DNA of 64,000 nt, taken from positions 1,696,001-1,760,000 of the forward strand of contig CH464491.1 in NCBI GenBank assembly GCA_000002445.1, written 5' to 3'. Made by a program: the position numbers and the translations under genes. The notes beneath the pieces are model-generated. The model was not told the DNA's origin, made no database searches, and saw only the letters and a program-made list of their open reading frames with translations. Of the stretch, positions 1-11,539 are shown in pieces. The DNA is from Trypanosoma brucei (Eukaryota). Numbering within the stretch: position 1 is the first letter of the stretch; each line of letters starts with the position of its first letter.

Positions 1-589
1 CTCCCGAAGAGGCTGTGATGTCTGCACCCGCTGCCCGTAACAGAATAACAAGCAACGCGTGTACTGACTCTGGAGTCACACGGTAACCTTCTTCCACTGC
101 AGTTTGGACAACACCTAGAGCACGCTGTAAACGTGTTGAAGGGGTGCAGTTTGATTTTATTTTCCCATGTCTTCCTTCTACCGTGTCAACGTCGTACTGA
201 GACTGGTGAACACTTCTTAGCACCGAGCGAAGGTGATGTTCTCTCCACGTATCCAGTCGGATGGCTGCAACAAGCATATCCTTCCACTCCTGCTCATCTG
301 TTGTAGTAATGAGTGTGTGAAGGTACGTTCGAGTTGCCACATGAAGGGCTGAGTCTTGCTCTTTGCTCAAACGACAAACATTAATAGTCATCGACTCGTC
401 CATATCCAACAAATCTTGCAGGGGTGCATTGGACGCTATTGGAGTTCCCTCAGCTCCTTTGAGAGAATTGTGGCCGCCATGTGATCCACTGCTGCAGAAG
501 CGCCGTGACGAATGGGCAATTGCAATCATGAAAAGCAGCCGCCGCACGCTGCAGACTCTCAGCGCCTTTTGCAACATCAAAGAGTTCAT
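1..589 (-). CDS. 5' portion of a protein-coding gene that runs off the left edge of the window; function unknown. The product begins MNSLMLQKALRVCSVRRLLFMIAIAHSS..., a basic and amphipathic stretch that could be a mitochondrial presequence.
   Basis: By hand translation the minus-strand frame is open from position 2 up to an in-frame TAG at 605-607. The first ATG after that stop is at 589 (reverse complement of cat at 587-589); alternative ATGs lie at 577 and 529. The translation is not low-complexity. A minus-strand polypyrimidine tract lies immediately upstream at about 700-1010. The ORF track omits it because no stop codon falls inside the window. Confidence 0.5.
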   Translation of the reverse strand, partial: MNSLMLQKALRVCSVRRLLFMIAIAHSSRRFCSSGSHGGHNSLKGAEGTPIASNAPLQDLLDMDESMTINVCRLSKEQDSALHVATRTYLHTLITTTDEQEWKDMLVAAIRLDTWREHHLRSVLRSVHQSQYDVDTVEGRHGKIKSNCTPSTRLQRALGVVQTAVEEGYRVTPESVHALLVILLRAAGADITASSG

Positions 590-699
590 CCCTCCTTTCC
601 TCCCCTAACTCAACTCAACTCAACTCAATACCACTCCAAATGCCACTACCGCTTTCTTTTTTTTTACTGAAGAGAAGTGGACAGTGGCTTGAACTAAGA

Positions 700-1012
700 A
701 AGGACGAAAGTAGAAAAAAAACAAAAGGGGTGGAGCATAACGCAGCAGAGGAGATGTGAGCAATCATGTCAAACACAAATAGAGTGAACAGGAAAGAAGC
801 AACAACGCAAAACGAGAATAAATAAATAAATGGAAAACACCGAGCGCAATCACTCCAGGGAATGAAAATAACCCCTAAGAAAACAACAACAACAACCAAC
901 AAAGGAAGGGAAAGAAAAGGAGGGTAGGTATTGGAGAAAAACCAAAAGGGCACACACATATACACCCACACATAAAAAAAAAAGAAAAAGAGAGAAAAAA
1001 GAGAGAAGAGGT
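700..1012 (-). promoter_or_regulatory. Long polypyrimidine tract (purine-rich on the plus strand), presumably the trans-splicing / polyadenylation signal region between the ABC transporter gene and the gene at 1..589.
   Basis: The plus strand here is almost entirely A/G, for example aaaaaaaaaagaaaaagagagaaaaaagagagaag at 975-1010. It sits directly 5' of the minus-strand ATG at 589. In kinetoplastids such tracts direct spliced-leader addition (established knowledge). Confidence 0.4.
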
Positions 1013-2702
1013 TACACATTTGCGGTGGGGGCATATTCTCAATTGCAAACGTAAGTGCAGAGACGCCGCTAGTTGGAGCCAACTGAAGGGATATGATAGG
1101 AAGGAATATATACTCGGAAAGGCGTTGCCGTACTTGGTCTTTTCTGCGGCCCACTACCGCCGTTAAGACAAGACTAATATTAGCGTTTGAGCAAGAAAAA
1201 AAAACAGGCGAATATATGAGTATGTGCAAATGTGAGAAACTACCACAACCTTTTTAACACAACGCAATATGAATGATCACACAAAACACACACACAAGTG
1301 CAAATATTTTACTTAGCGAAGATGAATACCATCTCCCCTTCTCTCCATTTGTTCCGCTGTGGATTTTCCCTCTACTCAACACACGCATACACAAATAAAT
1401 ACATAAACAAATATGAACATTCGTACATGCGATTGAATGCCCTTGTATATGCGTGTGTTGAGTGGAAATGGAAAAACGAGTTTCGGAGATGCATTGACAT
1501 AGGCAATATTTACTCGTCAAAATATTAAAAGTTCTATGCAAACACGTAAAAGCGAAAATTCAAAGTTTTAAAGAAAGGGGGGGAAAGGGAAAGCACAAAA
1601 ATGAAGAATATATTCCTCTTTCACGTACACGGACCGACGTGTCGACACCAGCTTCATTTCGTCTGTAATGTCATCAACTCCTAAAATGGTAATTCGATGC
1701 AGGTACAAAAAAAAAAAGTTATTTTTGTTTGTTGGTGGCGTTCGAGTGGAAGAGGGAAACGAAAGGGAATATAAAAAGTAAAGGGAAGGGAACGAGGAAA
1801 AAAGCGGAATGGTAAAGAGACAGGAAACGGTACTGAGAAGGGTAAAAACGTGCCGCCAAAAAACTAGCAAATAAATTTACTTTATCTATTAAGCGTTGCT
1901 TCTAGGAAACTGAACGGGGCCTTTTCTTGCCTTTTTTTTTTATTCGCGCACATGGCGTCGTGCCTGACGTGTGTACAAGCAAACAAAACAAAACCGAAAA
2001 AAGTAAATACGATTTCGTAAAGGTGACGCAGCAAACATTTACATTGAGGCCGTTTGTAACCATAAAATAATCTTTAAGCTAAAGTTGTCGACGACGCGTT
2101 GAAGAGCAAGGTTATAAAATATCACCGCTATACTTGACACTTTTCGTGAAAAACTTCACAGAAGGAATTATTTTTTTTTTCATAACTCGCCGTTCTTCCA
2201 CATTGCTTCCTTTTTTTAAAAAAGTTTCATAAATTCCCTTCACTCATTGAAAATAATTTTGTTTTGCTTTGCTTCCGTTTTCTCACTTCTTTCCAGCGGC
2301 ATCGAGGGGAGAAGAAAAGAGAATACATAAACAAGCCAATACAAAGTTACGAAATAAAAATTTTACAGTCCGAAAGGTAAAACGGAAAAAGCAAAAAAAG
2401 TGGTGTGAGTGAAAAGTAAAAAAAAAAAGAAAGTGAATTCAAAATTTGAGAACGGGAAGCACACATCACTTAAAATCGCATTAAAGGGTATAGACAATTT
2501 TATACAATTTTACATAGTTTTCACCATCCACATTAAACAGAAAAAAGAAAAAGTTTGCCCTACTCCCACACGCTTTGCTAAACGCAGAGCAGCACTAACG
2601 GCATCTTCCGCTGTGGGTTCCATTTCGTTTGCCAGCAGCACACGCCGCATAAGTTGGTGGGAAAAAATACGTAAGTAAATAAGGGACCAAGAGGAAGCAA
2701 AG

Positions 2703-2712
2703 AAAGTTTAAA

Positions 2713-2754
<42 letters not shown>

Positions 2755-2770
2755 TATATATATATATATA
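2703..2770. repeat. Compound microsatellite, (TAA)n with about 16 units followed by (TA)n with about 10 units.
   Basis: Direct reading of the sequence: taataataataataataataataataataataataataa then tatatatatatatatata. Confidence 0.9.
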
Positions 2771-2928
2771 GTCCCATAAAAAAAAAGAGAGAGAGAGGGA
2801 AAGGATAGGAAAGAAAAGAACGAACGAACACAGCAAAATAGTAGCAAACGCAAAAAAAAAAAAGATCATTAATATAGACATATCCATACACCAAATTCAA
2901 ATTGGGTGTAAAAGCAAGCGAGAAAACG

Positions 2929-5900
2929 CTAGACGATATCCATTTCAGTGGTCTGTTTGGAAACCCATTCATCCTGCTCGGTGATCTGAAGGAACACACG
3001 TTCAATTGTTGCTTGCGAAACACTGTAGTCAACGATACCAAGTAAGTCTTTGCTTGACTCTAGCGTTCGAAATGCATCTGCAAGCGACGTAGAGCGGGGA
3101 AGTGCGTACACAAGTTGTCTGCCCTTACATTCCCTTAAAGTAGCACCTGCGAATTGCCTGTCCACGAACTCTCGTACCAACGCGGGTAACTCACCCTCCG
3201 CTACACAAATGTGCATTTCATAGCCGGCGCCATATTTGTCTTTCAGATGAGCATTCCTGCCAACGCAACGCATCGTTCCGTCCTTCATAATGGCCACACG
3301 GTGGGCGAGGGCCTCAACCTCCTCGAGGTGGTGAGTTGTTAGAACCACCGCGCATTGGCACGCAGCACGTTCAATAACGGACCATATCTTGCGGCGGGCA
3401 ATAGGGTCCATCCCGGCTGTTGGTTCATCAAGGAAAATAACACCGGGCCCACCAACGAGAGCGACAGCTAGGCTGAGTTTGCGCCGATTACCACCGCTTA
3501 ACTCTCCCGCTAGCGATTTGCGATACTTCGTTAGGTCGCACATATAAAGCAAATCTGTCACAACATTTTCCACTTCTTCGCCAACCATACCGTACAATCC
3601 GGCTTGCAGTCGTATGTGCTCTTCCACCGACAGGAGGCTGATGCAGGTGTCAAACTGTGGGCAGTACCCGATGCACCGTAGAGCCTTCCCTCCTTGCTTC
3701 ACGATGTCACATCCGCAAGTTTCCACCACCCCACCCGTAGGCATGAGCTCTTGGCACAGGATCGACATCGTTGTAGTCTTTCCTGCGCCGTTTGTGCCAA
3801 GTAATGCGAATATCTCGCCTGAAGAAACCAAGAAGAAGAGGTCACGTACAGCCTCCTTGCCATTGGGGTATTTTTTGCTAAGATTCACAACGCGCGCAGG
3901 GGGATAACCCGGTCCGTCAACCATGGGAAGGCAAACACGACACCGTTCCTCTTCCACATCTGAATCACCGCTATGAGCCTCATCGAATACCTTCGTCCGG
4001 TCGTATGACCGCCGATTCCACCACGCACGTCGCCGTGGATGGTCGAAGAGGAACCCCAGAAGTGAAAAAATGGGGAATTCCACGGCGAGATAGATGAAAG
4101 GGTAACCGGTAACATCCATGTCGAATGCGGACGTCGCGTTCCCTACGGCTTTTCCGAACCTGAAATGGGAAATATTGATGATAGCTTCCCCAACACAAAA
4201 GGAAGGAATAAGCCGAAACGGCCAACGGAGGCTTTCGGACGTCTCCCTTGTTATTTCGAGCAATGAAAATACGTACACCACTATGACCGAGAGGAAACCA
4301 ACGACAAAATTGAATCCCATCACAACCAGCTGCGCCTTCGAGTGTTCACGGAATAGAAAACTGAGCAAGTAGGCGAAGACGATGCTCGTCAGCCCATAAA
4401 GCATAAGTGCAGTAATAAACGCTCCAATTGTCTCGCTACCAACGTAATCCTCTTGGTCAAACAACATCAATACCGAAACTATAGCAGATACTGAAATAAA
4501 ATACATAGTGATATCAAAAAGAAAGTTGCTTGCCCAGTAGATGGGAAACCTCAGTCCGGCAATCCTCTGCATGTGAAGCGATCCGCATTCCCGTTCCTTC
4601 ACAACCCACGCTAGCGGGTTAGAAGAAATAAGAGTTAACGGGATCATCATAATCGCACCTATCAACATGAGTTGCAGCGCGCCGACGTACGTGGCCTCGT
4701 CCTCGAGTACTCCAACCGACCACGATACATTGGCCTGCACTCCTGACACACGCTGCAAAACAAGTTGATAAAACATTGACATGGTAATAGCCACTTGGTG
4801 AAGGGCGGAAGAGTTGTACAGCATCACTACAGGCATTCCTCGCAGCTTGGGATTATAAAGCATCCTATCCCCACAGAAGATAGCAGCGTACCTTGGATAC
4901 TCATGGGCGAACCAAGTTTTCATGCCGTAAATACTGAGTTCCCTAGTGTCTTTAGCAGATATTTCACTGATGTGAACATTCGGTACACCGGGGCTCTTTC
5001 CCCAAAACAAACCACAGTTGGCCGAATCGACAATAACTTTTTCATCGTAGAGGTCAAAAGTCAACGGAAGCGGCCCTACCTGTGCGGGATTAGAGCCTAT
5101 CAACACCGTTGCCAGCAGCACACTGGTAAGGCACACAACCTGCAACATGTGCATCCGCCGGTCACGCAAGGCTGTGAAAATACGTTTCAACATGATGGCC
5201 TTTAACTGAGTTATCCCTGCAGCACGACGTCTCGCTCGTCCCCACAGGGAGGAGCAGTCACGCGGCTTCTCAGCAGAACATTGCTGCCCACCACAAACAC
5301 GCAAGAAGACCTCCTCCAGGGTTGTAGCAGCAAGAGAATAAGAATTAAGGTTTACATCGGATGCTATTTCCAGCTTCTCGATCAGCGACGGGAATGCAGC
5401 AACGCCGCCCAATGGTAAACGATAAATCACTTCACACCCACAGTAACTCAACAACTCTGCTCCGGGCACGTGCTTTTTCACAGCGTCATCAACAAAGCAG
5501 AAGTTGTCTTTCGATCGCATAACAACGGTAAGACTATATCCCAAACCCAATTTAGACTTTAGGAACATGCTGCTACCGGAACACTGCAGCCGACCATCAT
5601 TCAAGATCGCGATACGGTGGCCAAGTATGTCTGCCTCATCCATGAAGTGAGTCGTGAGAAGAATTGTGTGGTGGGCTGCCATCCGTTGCAATAAACCCCA
5701 TGCATGACGTCGGGAAGAGGCATCCATGCCCGCAGTCGGCTCGTCCAGTAATACAAGTGGACTGCCGCCCACGAATGCAATGCCTACCGAAAGCATCCGT
5801 TTTTGTCCACCAGAGAGATGTCCCGCGAGGTCGTCACTTTTTTCAGATAGTCCTGTTTCGTGCAGCACATGCCCTACTGCAAGGTCCAAAGCCTTCCCCT

Positions 5901-8145
5901 TCAAACCTTTGATCTTGCCAAAGAACTCCAAGTGCTCACGACAAGTTAACTGCGGCCATAGAATGTTGTGTTGAGGACAAAAACCCATCTGTTGACGCGC
6001 CGCCGATAGCTCCCTTCGCACAGATCGACCATTCACGTAACAGTCGCCAGCGTCAGGCTTCACCATTCCTGTTATCATATTTATCACCGTGGATTTACCT
6101 GCACCGTTGAGACCCAACAGCACGGATATTTCTCCTCTGCCCATCGACCAACAGAAGTTGTTGACGGCGACAAAAGTGTCTCCACCGCGTTGGTACTCTT
6201 TCCTAAGACCTGCCATCACTACAGTGGCTTCCTCTTTAGTGTCCCCAATATCCTCAAACACACCGTTATCTGCACGCCCATCAGTGAAAGGGCAAGCGGA
6301 TGTCCCGACCTTCCGACGTTCCCAAAAAAGTGCCCTGATGGGGTTCGTTATGAAGAAAAGTGGATGTTTCGTTGTGCCCCAATCGTTTTGCAGCACTGTG
6401 TCCAAATATAGCATGAGAAGTGTGTAAAGTACAAGGTCGGCAACCAACATAATCAACAACATTTCGGCACACACTGGGTCCCCGCCGATTCGAAGTTGCG
6501 TAAGGTGAAAGCCGCCCGACACCTCCATGGCCAAGGCACCGTGCACGATAGAAATAAATGCGGTTGGTGATAGCAAGGCTGAGATCATGCACAGCAATCC
6601 ATTTGTTGGCCGCTCAACAGCGTATGGCAGGGTCATCAGAAAGTATATGATGGGGGATACGAGCAAGGCGAGCCGTGTTTTGCTGAAGAAGCACGAAATG
6701 ACACCTGACAGGGGAATAGTTGTCAACGCGAAGACAAAAAGTACAACAAACAGGGACACCGAGCCACTCCGTGGCATATATGTGAGCTTGAGCAATACAG
6801 TAATAAGGGAGCACACCACAAGATCAATGAGCAGAGGTTTCAGAAACCACACCACATTAAGCACAGACTTCCTCATACCCATAATCAAAATGGTTTCCCG
6901 TATCTTGGACTCTTTCTCCATCACATTTACGTGCACACGAGACGTTACAGTGAAAAGAAACGCGAGACCGAAGAGTACCGGCAAAATTCCGCGAGCGGTC
7001 TGGAGAAGTGGGGTTTCCGTAAATTCCACAAAGCCTTGCGGCATCATGTAAGGCGTGATGTTCAAGCCCATACCCGGATTGAAAAGTCCCATATGATGTT
7101 CCGATATTTCCTTTTGCAAAGTAAGGTATCCCGAGAGGGCGTACATTTCAGCTCTGTTGTGTTGAAACCCACCCGGATACGCATTAGCGACGGTTTCACG
7201 AAGCGTTGGCAGGGCTGTGCCGTTCAAGTAAATTTGAACGTCTAAACTGCCAGGCTCAAAACACCGGACGTGAACAATCCCCCAATTTAAGGTTTGCCTT
7301 CTCACTTCTTCCTGAGCCTCTGGCAAAGTTTCAAAGGTCCCACCGTAAACGTTGGTAAAATAGTGAGAGACTCTTCCCAAATGTTGTACTATCCCCCTCA
7401 CCACGGAGGCATTTCCTACAAAGTACAGCAGACCGGAACTTTGAATGGCCGACAAGCGGTTGTTCGGAATAAGGCCTCGAGGTATTAGCACTCGGGTATT
7501 TGCGTGACGTGCAAGCCATTGGTGCATAATAAGCGTGTCAAGTGGAGGAATGGGCGCAATACGACCGACAAACCCATTGGCAAAAAAGGCTACCAAAGTG
7601 GTAGCACCCACTCTCTTGTGCACGCAAACGCCTCTGAATGGAGCCGTGATCTCGTCTTTTATACACTCCACTTCCTTCTTGTTGCGACACACTCTAAGTC
7701 CTGGTACGCCACCTAGTTTAGCGCTGCACGTAAAGTGCTGGTAAATTGTTGGGTTCATGGTCCTCGGTAGTGCCCCGTAATCGATACGTGGTGATTCCTC
7801 AATATGATTGGTACCCCATATAGACCACAGAATGACAGTAACAGTCATGAAAAGAAGTGGCACTACCACTTCCAAAACTACCTCAGACTTTCGCCGGACA
7901 GTTTGCCGGAATAAACGTTGAACAGTTGCCCGAAACATATCCATAAATGACGCACGACAGTTATGCACACCCGATACACCATCACCTATGCGATTGCTGT
8001 CCTTTCGCACAGCATGCAAAGATATATCATGGGTGGATACTTCCACGCTGCCGGTTGTTGCACTGCTTCGAGAATCCATTTGCAGTGTTGTTGTCGAGGG
8101 CTCATGGACGCCACCATTAGCATTCGCGTCAAAGGGTTCTTGCAT
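2929..8145 (-). CDS. ABC transporter of ABCA type, full-length with two membrane-spanning halves and two nucleotide-binding domains, about 1738 aa from the first ATG.
   Basis: Both nucleotide-binding domains carry Walker A motifs (GLNGAGKST and GTNGAGKTT), ABC signatures (LSGGQKRMLS and LSGGNRRKLS) and Walker B motifs (LLDEPTAGMD and FLDEPTAGMD). The N-terminus MDMFRATVQRLFRQTVRRKSEVVLEVVVPLLF resembles the ABCA start. The ORF-track start at 8352 is a TTG. Real in-frame ATGs are at 8145, 8079, 7944 and 7938; 8145 is the first ATG below a polypyrimidine tract and AG at about 8206-8260. Confidence 0.85.
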   Translation of the reverse strand: MQEPFDANANGGVHEPSTTTLQMDSRSSATTGSVEVSTHDISLHAVRKDSNRIGDGVSGVHNCRASFMDMFRATVQRLFRQTVRRKSEVVLEVVVPLLFMTVTVILWSIWGTNHIEESPRIDYGALPRTMNPTIYQHFTCSAKLGGVPGLRVCRNKKEVECIKDEITAPFRGVCVHKRVGATTLVAFFANGFVGRIAPIPPLDTLIMHQWLARHANTRVLIPRGLIPNNRLSAIQSSGLLYFVGNASVVRGIVQHLGRVSHYFTNVYGGTFETLPEAQEEVRRQTLNWGIVHVRCFEPGSLDVQIYLNGTALPTLRETVANAYPGGFQHNRAEMYALSGYLTLQKEISEHHMGLFNPGMGLNITPYMMPQGFVEFTETPLLQTARGILPVLFGLAFLFTVTSRVHVNVMEKESKIRETILIMGMRKSVLNVVWFLKPLLIDLVVCSLITVLLKLTYMPRSGSVSLFVVLFVFALTTIPLSGVISCFFSKTRLALLVSPIIYFLMTLPYAVERPTNGLLCMISALLSPTAFISIVHGALAMEVSGGFHLTQLRIGGDPVCAEMLLIMLVADLVLYTLLMLYLDTVLQNDWGTTKHPLFFITNPIRALFWERRKVGTSACPFTDGRADNGVFEDIGDTKEEATVVMAGLRKEYQRGGDTFVAVNNFCWSMGRGEISVLLGLNGAGKSTVINMITGMVKPDAGDCYVNGRSVRRELSAARQQMGFCPQHNILWPQLTCREHLEFFGKIKGLKGKALDLAVGHVLHETGLSEKSDDLAGHLSGGQKRMLSVGIAFVGGSPLVLLDEPTAGMDASSRRHAWGLLQRMAAHHTILLTTHFMDEADILGHRIAILNDGRLQCSGSSMFLKSKLGLGYSLTVVMRSKDNFCFVDDAVKKHVPGAELLSYCGCEVIYRLPLGGVAAFPSLIEKLEIASDVNLNSYSLAATTLEEVFLRVCGGQQCSAEKPRDCSSLWGRARRRAAGITQLKAIMLKRIFTALRDRRMHMLQVVCLTSVLLATVLIGSNPAQVGPLPLTFDLYDEKVIVDSANCGLFWGKSPGVPNVHISEISAKDTRELSIYGMKTWFAHEYPRYAAIFCGDRMLYNPKLRGMPVVMLYNSSALHQVAITMSMFYQLVLQRVSGVQANVSWSVGVLEDEATYVGALQLMLIGAIMMIPLTLISSNPLAWVVKERECGSLHMQRIAGLRFPIYWASNFLFDITMYFISVSAIVSVLMLFDQEDYVGSETIGAFITALMLYGLTSIVFAYLLSFLFREHSKAQLVVMGFNFVVGFLSVIVVYVFSLLEITRETSESLRWPFRLIPSFCVGEAIINISHFRFGKAVGNATSAFDMDVTGYPFIYLAVEFPIFSLLGFLFDHPRRRAWWNRRSYDRTKVFDEAHSGDSDVEEERCRVCLPMVDGPGYPPARVVNLSKKYPNGKEAVRDLFFLVSSGEIFALLGTNGAGKTTTMSILCQELMPTGGVVETCGCDIVKQGGKALRCIGYCPQFDTCISLLSVEEHIRLQAGLYGMVGEEVENVVTDLLYMCDLTKYRKSLAGELSGGNRRKLSLAVALVGGPGVIFLDEPTAGMDPIARRKIWSVIERAACQCAVVLTTHHLEEVEALAHRVAIMKDGTMRCVGRNAHLKDKYGAGYEMHICVAEGELPALVREFVDRQFAGATLRECKGRQLVYALPRSTSLADAFRTLESSKDLLGIVDYSVSQATIERVFLQITEQDEWVSKQTTEMDIV

Positions 8146-8220
8146 GGAAATATTTGCCAAGGGACAGAAATGTCCGCGTGTTGGCGAGTGGGTGCCTTTT
8201 TTGTTACCTTCAATAAAACG

Positions 8221-8262
8221 TGTGGAGGAAGGAGGGGGAAGAAAGGTGAAAGATGAAAAGGA
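8221..8262 (-). promoter_or_regulatory. Polypyrimidine tract with a downstream AG, the candidate spliced-leader acceptor region for the ABC transporter mRNA.
   Basis: The plus strand reads ggaggaaggagggggaagaaaggtgaaagatgaaaag, which is a C/T run on the minus strand. It lies immediately 5' of the first ATG at 8145. Confidence 0.35.
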
Positions 8263-10316
8263 ATAGTGGTCAACATACGGTACATTCAAATTGATTAAAA
8301 AGGAAGAAGAGGGGGTATATAACAATACGAGAGAATCATAAATAAATACCAAAGCGCAACATTATCAACGCACCCGCGTCTATAATGACAAGCATCAACT
8401 TTAACGAGCGAACAATTCATCCATCCAACATATGACTGTCAACTCCTACAACTTTCCCCTCTCCACAAGGTATATCTAAAAGGCTAAAAGGGGAAAACGC
8501 ACCAATACAGTATACGGACTCAAGGGCATCGCGCACACATGCAAAGGCGCAAATGAATACATACATTCCTACACACCTCCTCATTTTTGTTCTAACGTTT
8601 GTGGGTTTTTTCTCCTGATTATTCGCTTTCGCTTTCAACAATTTTGCATTTCTACACTCTGTGCGTGCCAAACAACAGATGCCAAGAAAGGTGTAAAGAA
8701 AAAAAATCTTCGGGAATTCTACAAAGAGTTGAGAGCAGACGAGATGAAGAGATGGGGACAGTGAAAATAGCACACAGCACGCCCTCTAATCACCAGACCG
8801 TTCTGGCCTCTCCTTATCAGGGAATTATTGTTGTCATTGCTTGATATATTATTACGATGCATGAGCAAAAATATCTCAATGCAGCTAAACAGATCAAAAA
8901 GTGTTAGGTGTATACGCGCACAAATATATATGTATAAGCGTATAAATTTTTATAAAAGCATAAACATACACAGGTACATATGCAAAACATATACGTATCT
9001 GGCAAATTTCTGGCTGTTTAGCTTCCTTCTCCTCCCTTCCTTTTTTTCTCTTCGTCTGCCAATAGGGGAGGCTACCGCACGTTCCGTGTCTCACTATTTT
9101 ATTTTATTTTGCATTTGCTCGAACCTTCGGTCTCTTCTCACCACTTTAAAACTGAATAACAAACCGCGGGTGTGCAACCACTCGAATAAACAGAAATGTG
9201 GCAACACTTCCCCTTCATCCTACACTGCTCAAACCCACTTCCAACGCTTAAGAACACACAACTACCCTCTTTTGCATTTATTGCTAATTTCTCACCATTT
9301 TCCTTCATCTGTTCCATTCGAAGAAGTTTCTTTCACATATATGTATGCATACGCGTTACTCTTTCATATCATTGGCAGAATAAAAATAAAAACGACAAAC
9401 AACATCACATACCCTTCCCTTTCTTTTTTCTTTTTCTTTTTCATTTCCCTCCCTGCTCCTTTGTCTTTGCCCATACCGCGAACCCCTCTCCCGTCAGAAG
9501 CGACACATTACAACTCGTTGGGGCAATACAAGACCTTGTAACAGTCAAATAAATGAAAAAAAAGAAGGCGAAAAGAAAAGCGAAGTCTGTCGATGCTAAA
9601 AATGAAAAAGTTCAAAGATTAAAGCCCGTCCCATTAGTCAATCTGTGGAGAAAAAATACTGGAGACGATGACCCAATGAATGCTCGAAGGTTGTGAATGA
9701 ACGTGTGTGATGGAAATTGCAGCGATTGAACAAAAAGAAATTGACTAAACACCGAATGAACGGGATTTTTTTTTTAAATGGCAAAATGAAGCGCTGACCA
9801 CAAAACAGCTCCCCGGAAACAAAAGAAAAAATAGCGAAGGGACAAATCCCTACCCGCTGTTTCCGCTTCCCGCGTCCCCACATACGAAAACACATTAACC
9901 GCCAGAATGAGATAGAAGGGGGAAATTCTTTAACAAAAGGTGGAGCCATAAACACGAACCGTTCCCGTTCCTTCGCACGGCAGCCAAAGAACACACACGC
10001 ATATATCTACACATGCAAAGGCTTAAGTAAATGCATATAAATCGTACACACCAACACTACGAGGGAAAGAGGCTAGTAATGAAAGTATTAAAAGAGGGGG
10101 GAAATATGCCTCCGGTTTTGTCCTCTCTTCACTATCCCTCGGTCCTATTGGTCGCCCGCCCTCACCGTAACAAGTATGTTTAGTGAAGAAACAATGACGA
10201 CGAAGTAAATGACAGCAGCAACAACAACAATAATAATAACAGCACACCAGCCTCTCCCTTAAGAAGAGAAGGGCCCCATGTGAAATGGAGCCCAGACGGC
10301 TGAGTACATTTATTTT

Positions 10317-10865
10317 TTACGCCTCTTCGCACCAGCGGTTCTCCTCCCGTATTTTCTCCTCCTCTTCGGGAGTGAAGTCGCTTTCAATGTTGAAGAGTTC
10401 TCGAATCTGCTCAGCAGACTTCCCACGGATCATGTTCGCTACACACGCACAGGTGAGATCCAGTAGATCCCGCACGTTCAGAAAATTTGCCGCCATAATG
10501 ACGTCGATGAGAACCTCGTGTTGTTTCTCGTCATGATCCTTTACCAGTTCGGTGTAGAGGAAATCGTGGTCCCACGGGGAGATGATCTTCTCAATGTTTG
10601 ACTTAAGTGGCTTCTCGATGGGATCAGCCCGTTCCTTGTGGTGGTGCTCCATGTATTTAATCACAAGTTTGAGTGTGCGAGCGGAAACGTTAGGGATGGG
10701 AATGATGGGGTCACCACCATTTTGGTCCTCCAACATGTCCTTCAGCAAACCTGACATCATAGCGGCCTCACGCCGCACCTTAAACTTAACAGGCGTCGGA
10801 TCATTGCTCTCCAGGATGCAATATTCCGTAAAGTCCACGTCCTGTACCGACACCTCTTCCGCCAT
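10317..10865 (-). CDS. SKP1: SKP1-family protein, the SCF ubiquitin-ligase adaptor, 182 aa.
   Basis: Shows BTB/POZ-like N-terminal and Skp1 dimerisation C-terminal signatures (PIPNVSARTLKLVIKYMEHH, FLNVRDLLDLTCACVANMIRGKSAEQIRELFNIESDFTPEEE, ending ENRWCEEA). The start codon is a real ATG. Confidence 0.85.
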   Translation of the reverse strand: MAEEVSVQDVDFTEYCILESNDPTPVKFKVRREAAMMSGLLKDMLEDQNGGDPIIPIPNVSARTLKLVIKYMEHHHKERADPIEKPLKSNIEKIISPWDHDFLYTELVKDHDEKQHEVLIDVIMAANFLNVRDLLDLTCACVANMIRGKSAEQIRELFNIESDFTPEEEEKIREENRWCEEA

Positions 10866-11539
10866 GACTGTAGCTTAAAACTTATGCAGCACACAGTCAA
10901 AAAAATGAAGGAGTAACTGGACTCTACCCTTTATTGTTGTGTTGATGGCTTCCGATCCGTTTGTATCTAACCGGATTCCTCCCTCTCTTCTCTGAGTACT
11001 TACTCTTTTGTTGTTTCAAACTATCTTCTCTAAGCTTTGAATCGCCTCCCTCAGCTGCTTTAATTTCCCGCTTTGTTGTTGCCTTGTTTGTGGTTTCTAA
11101 CTTTAATAGCTTACGACGGTGTCTCGTACACACTGTTCGTCTTCAATATTGTATCCTACGACAAAATGATCGCTACCCTTTATTGCGGATCACTCCTCCT
11201 TTCCCGATGCAAGCAATACCAAGAAAAACAAAAAAGGAAAATAGGTGCCGAGCACAGGAAGAAGAGTTGGTACAATCAAAACTAGTGGTTAGGAGCGGTC
11301 AAACGCAGTAGTCGTTCCCCCCCCCTCTCACTTCGGCGTCACAGCATCGCTAGTGCAGCCACCCGTGCATACACAAGTCTAATTTTTGTTGTTTTTTTTA
11401 CTCATTTTTCTTTGAGGCAATAAGAAAAGGAAAATTGAAAAGCAGAACGGAGCGATTATGGAAGCTGAGTAACGCACTTCGAGGTACGACTTAGCGTGCC
11501 AACGCCAAAAGCATCTCCCCTTGTTGCCATCATTGGCGC

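Noticed and set aside
615-1229. 204-aa minus-strand ORF (MHILIYSPVFFSCSN... FFFFFYVWVY...).
   Set aside because: It is the translation of the polypyrimidine/low-complexity spacer (runs of F, L and S). It has no domain and sits in the trans-splicing signal region upstream of the gene at 1..589.
2578-3041. Two overlapping minus-strand ORFs (91 and 148 aa) containing poly-Y and poly-I runs.
   Set aside because: They are read straight through the (TAA)n/(TA)n microsatellite in the ABC transporter 3' flank. They are low-complexity artefacts.
9638-9994. 118-aa minus-strand ORF in the Skp1/ABC spacer.
   Set aside because: No real ATG context of note and no similarity to anything I know. It lies in an AT-rich spacer, so it is most likely noise.
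10924-11311. K/E/R-rich 69-aa minus ORF and 116-aa plus ORF between Skp1 and RPS15A.
   Set aside because: Low-complexity translations of a strand-biased spacer, probably the RPS15A 3'UTR; no domain.
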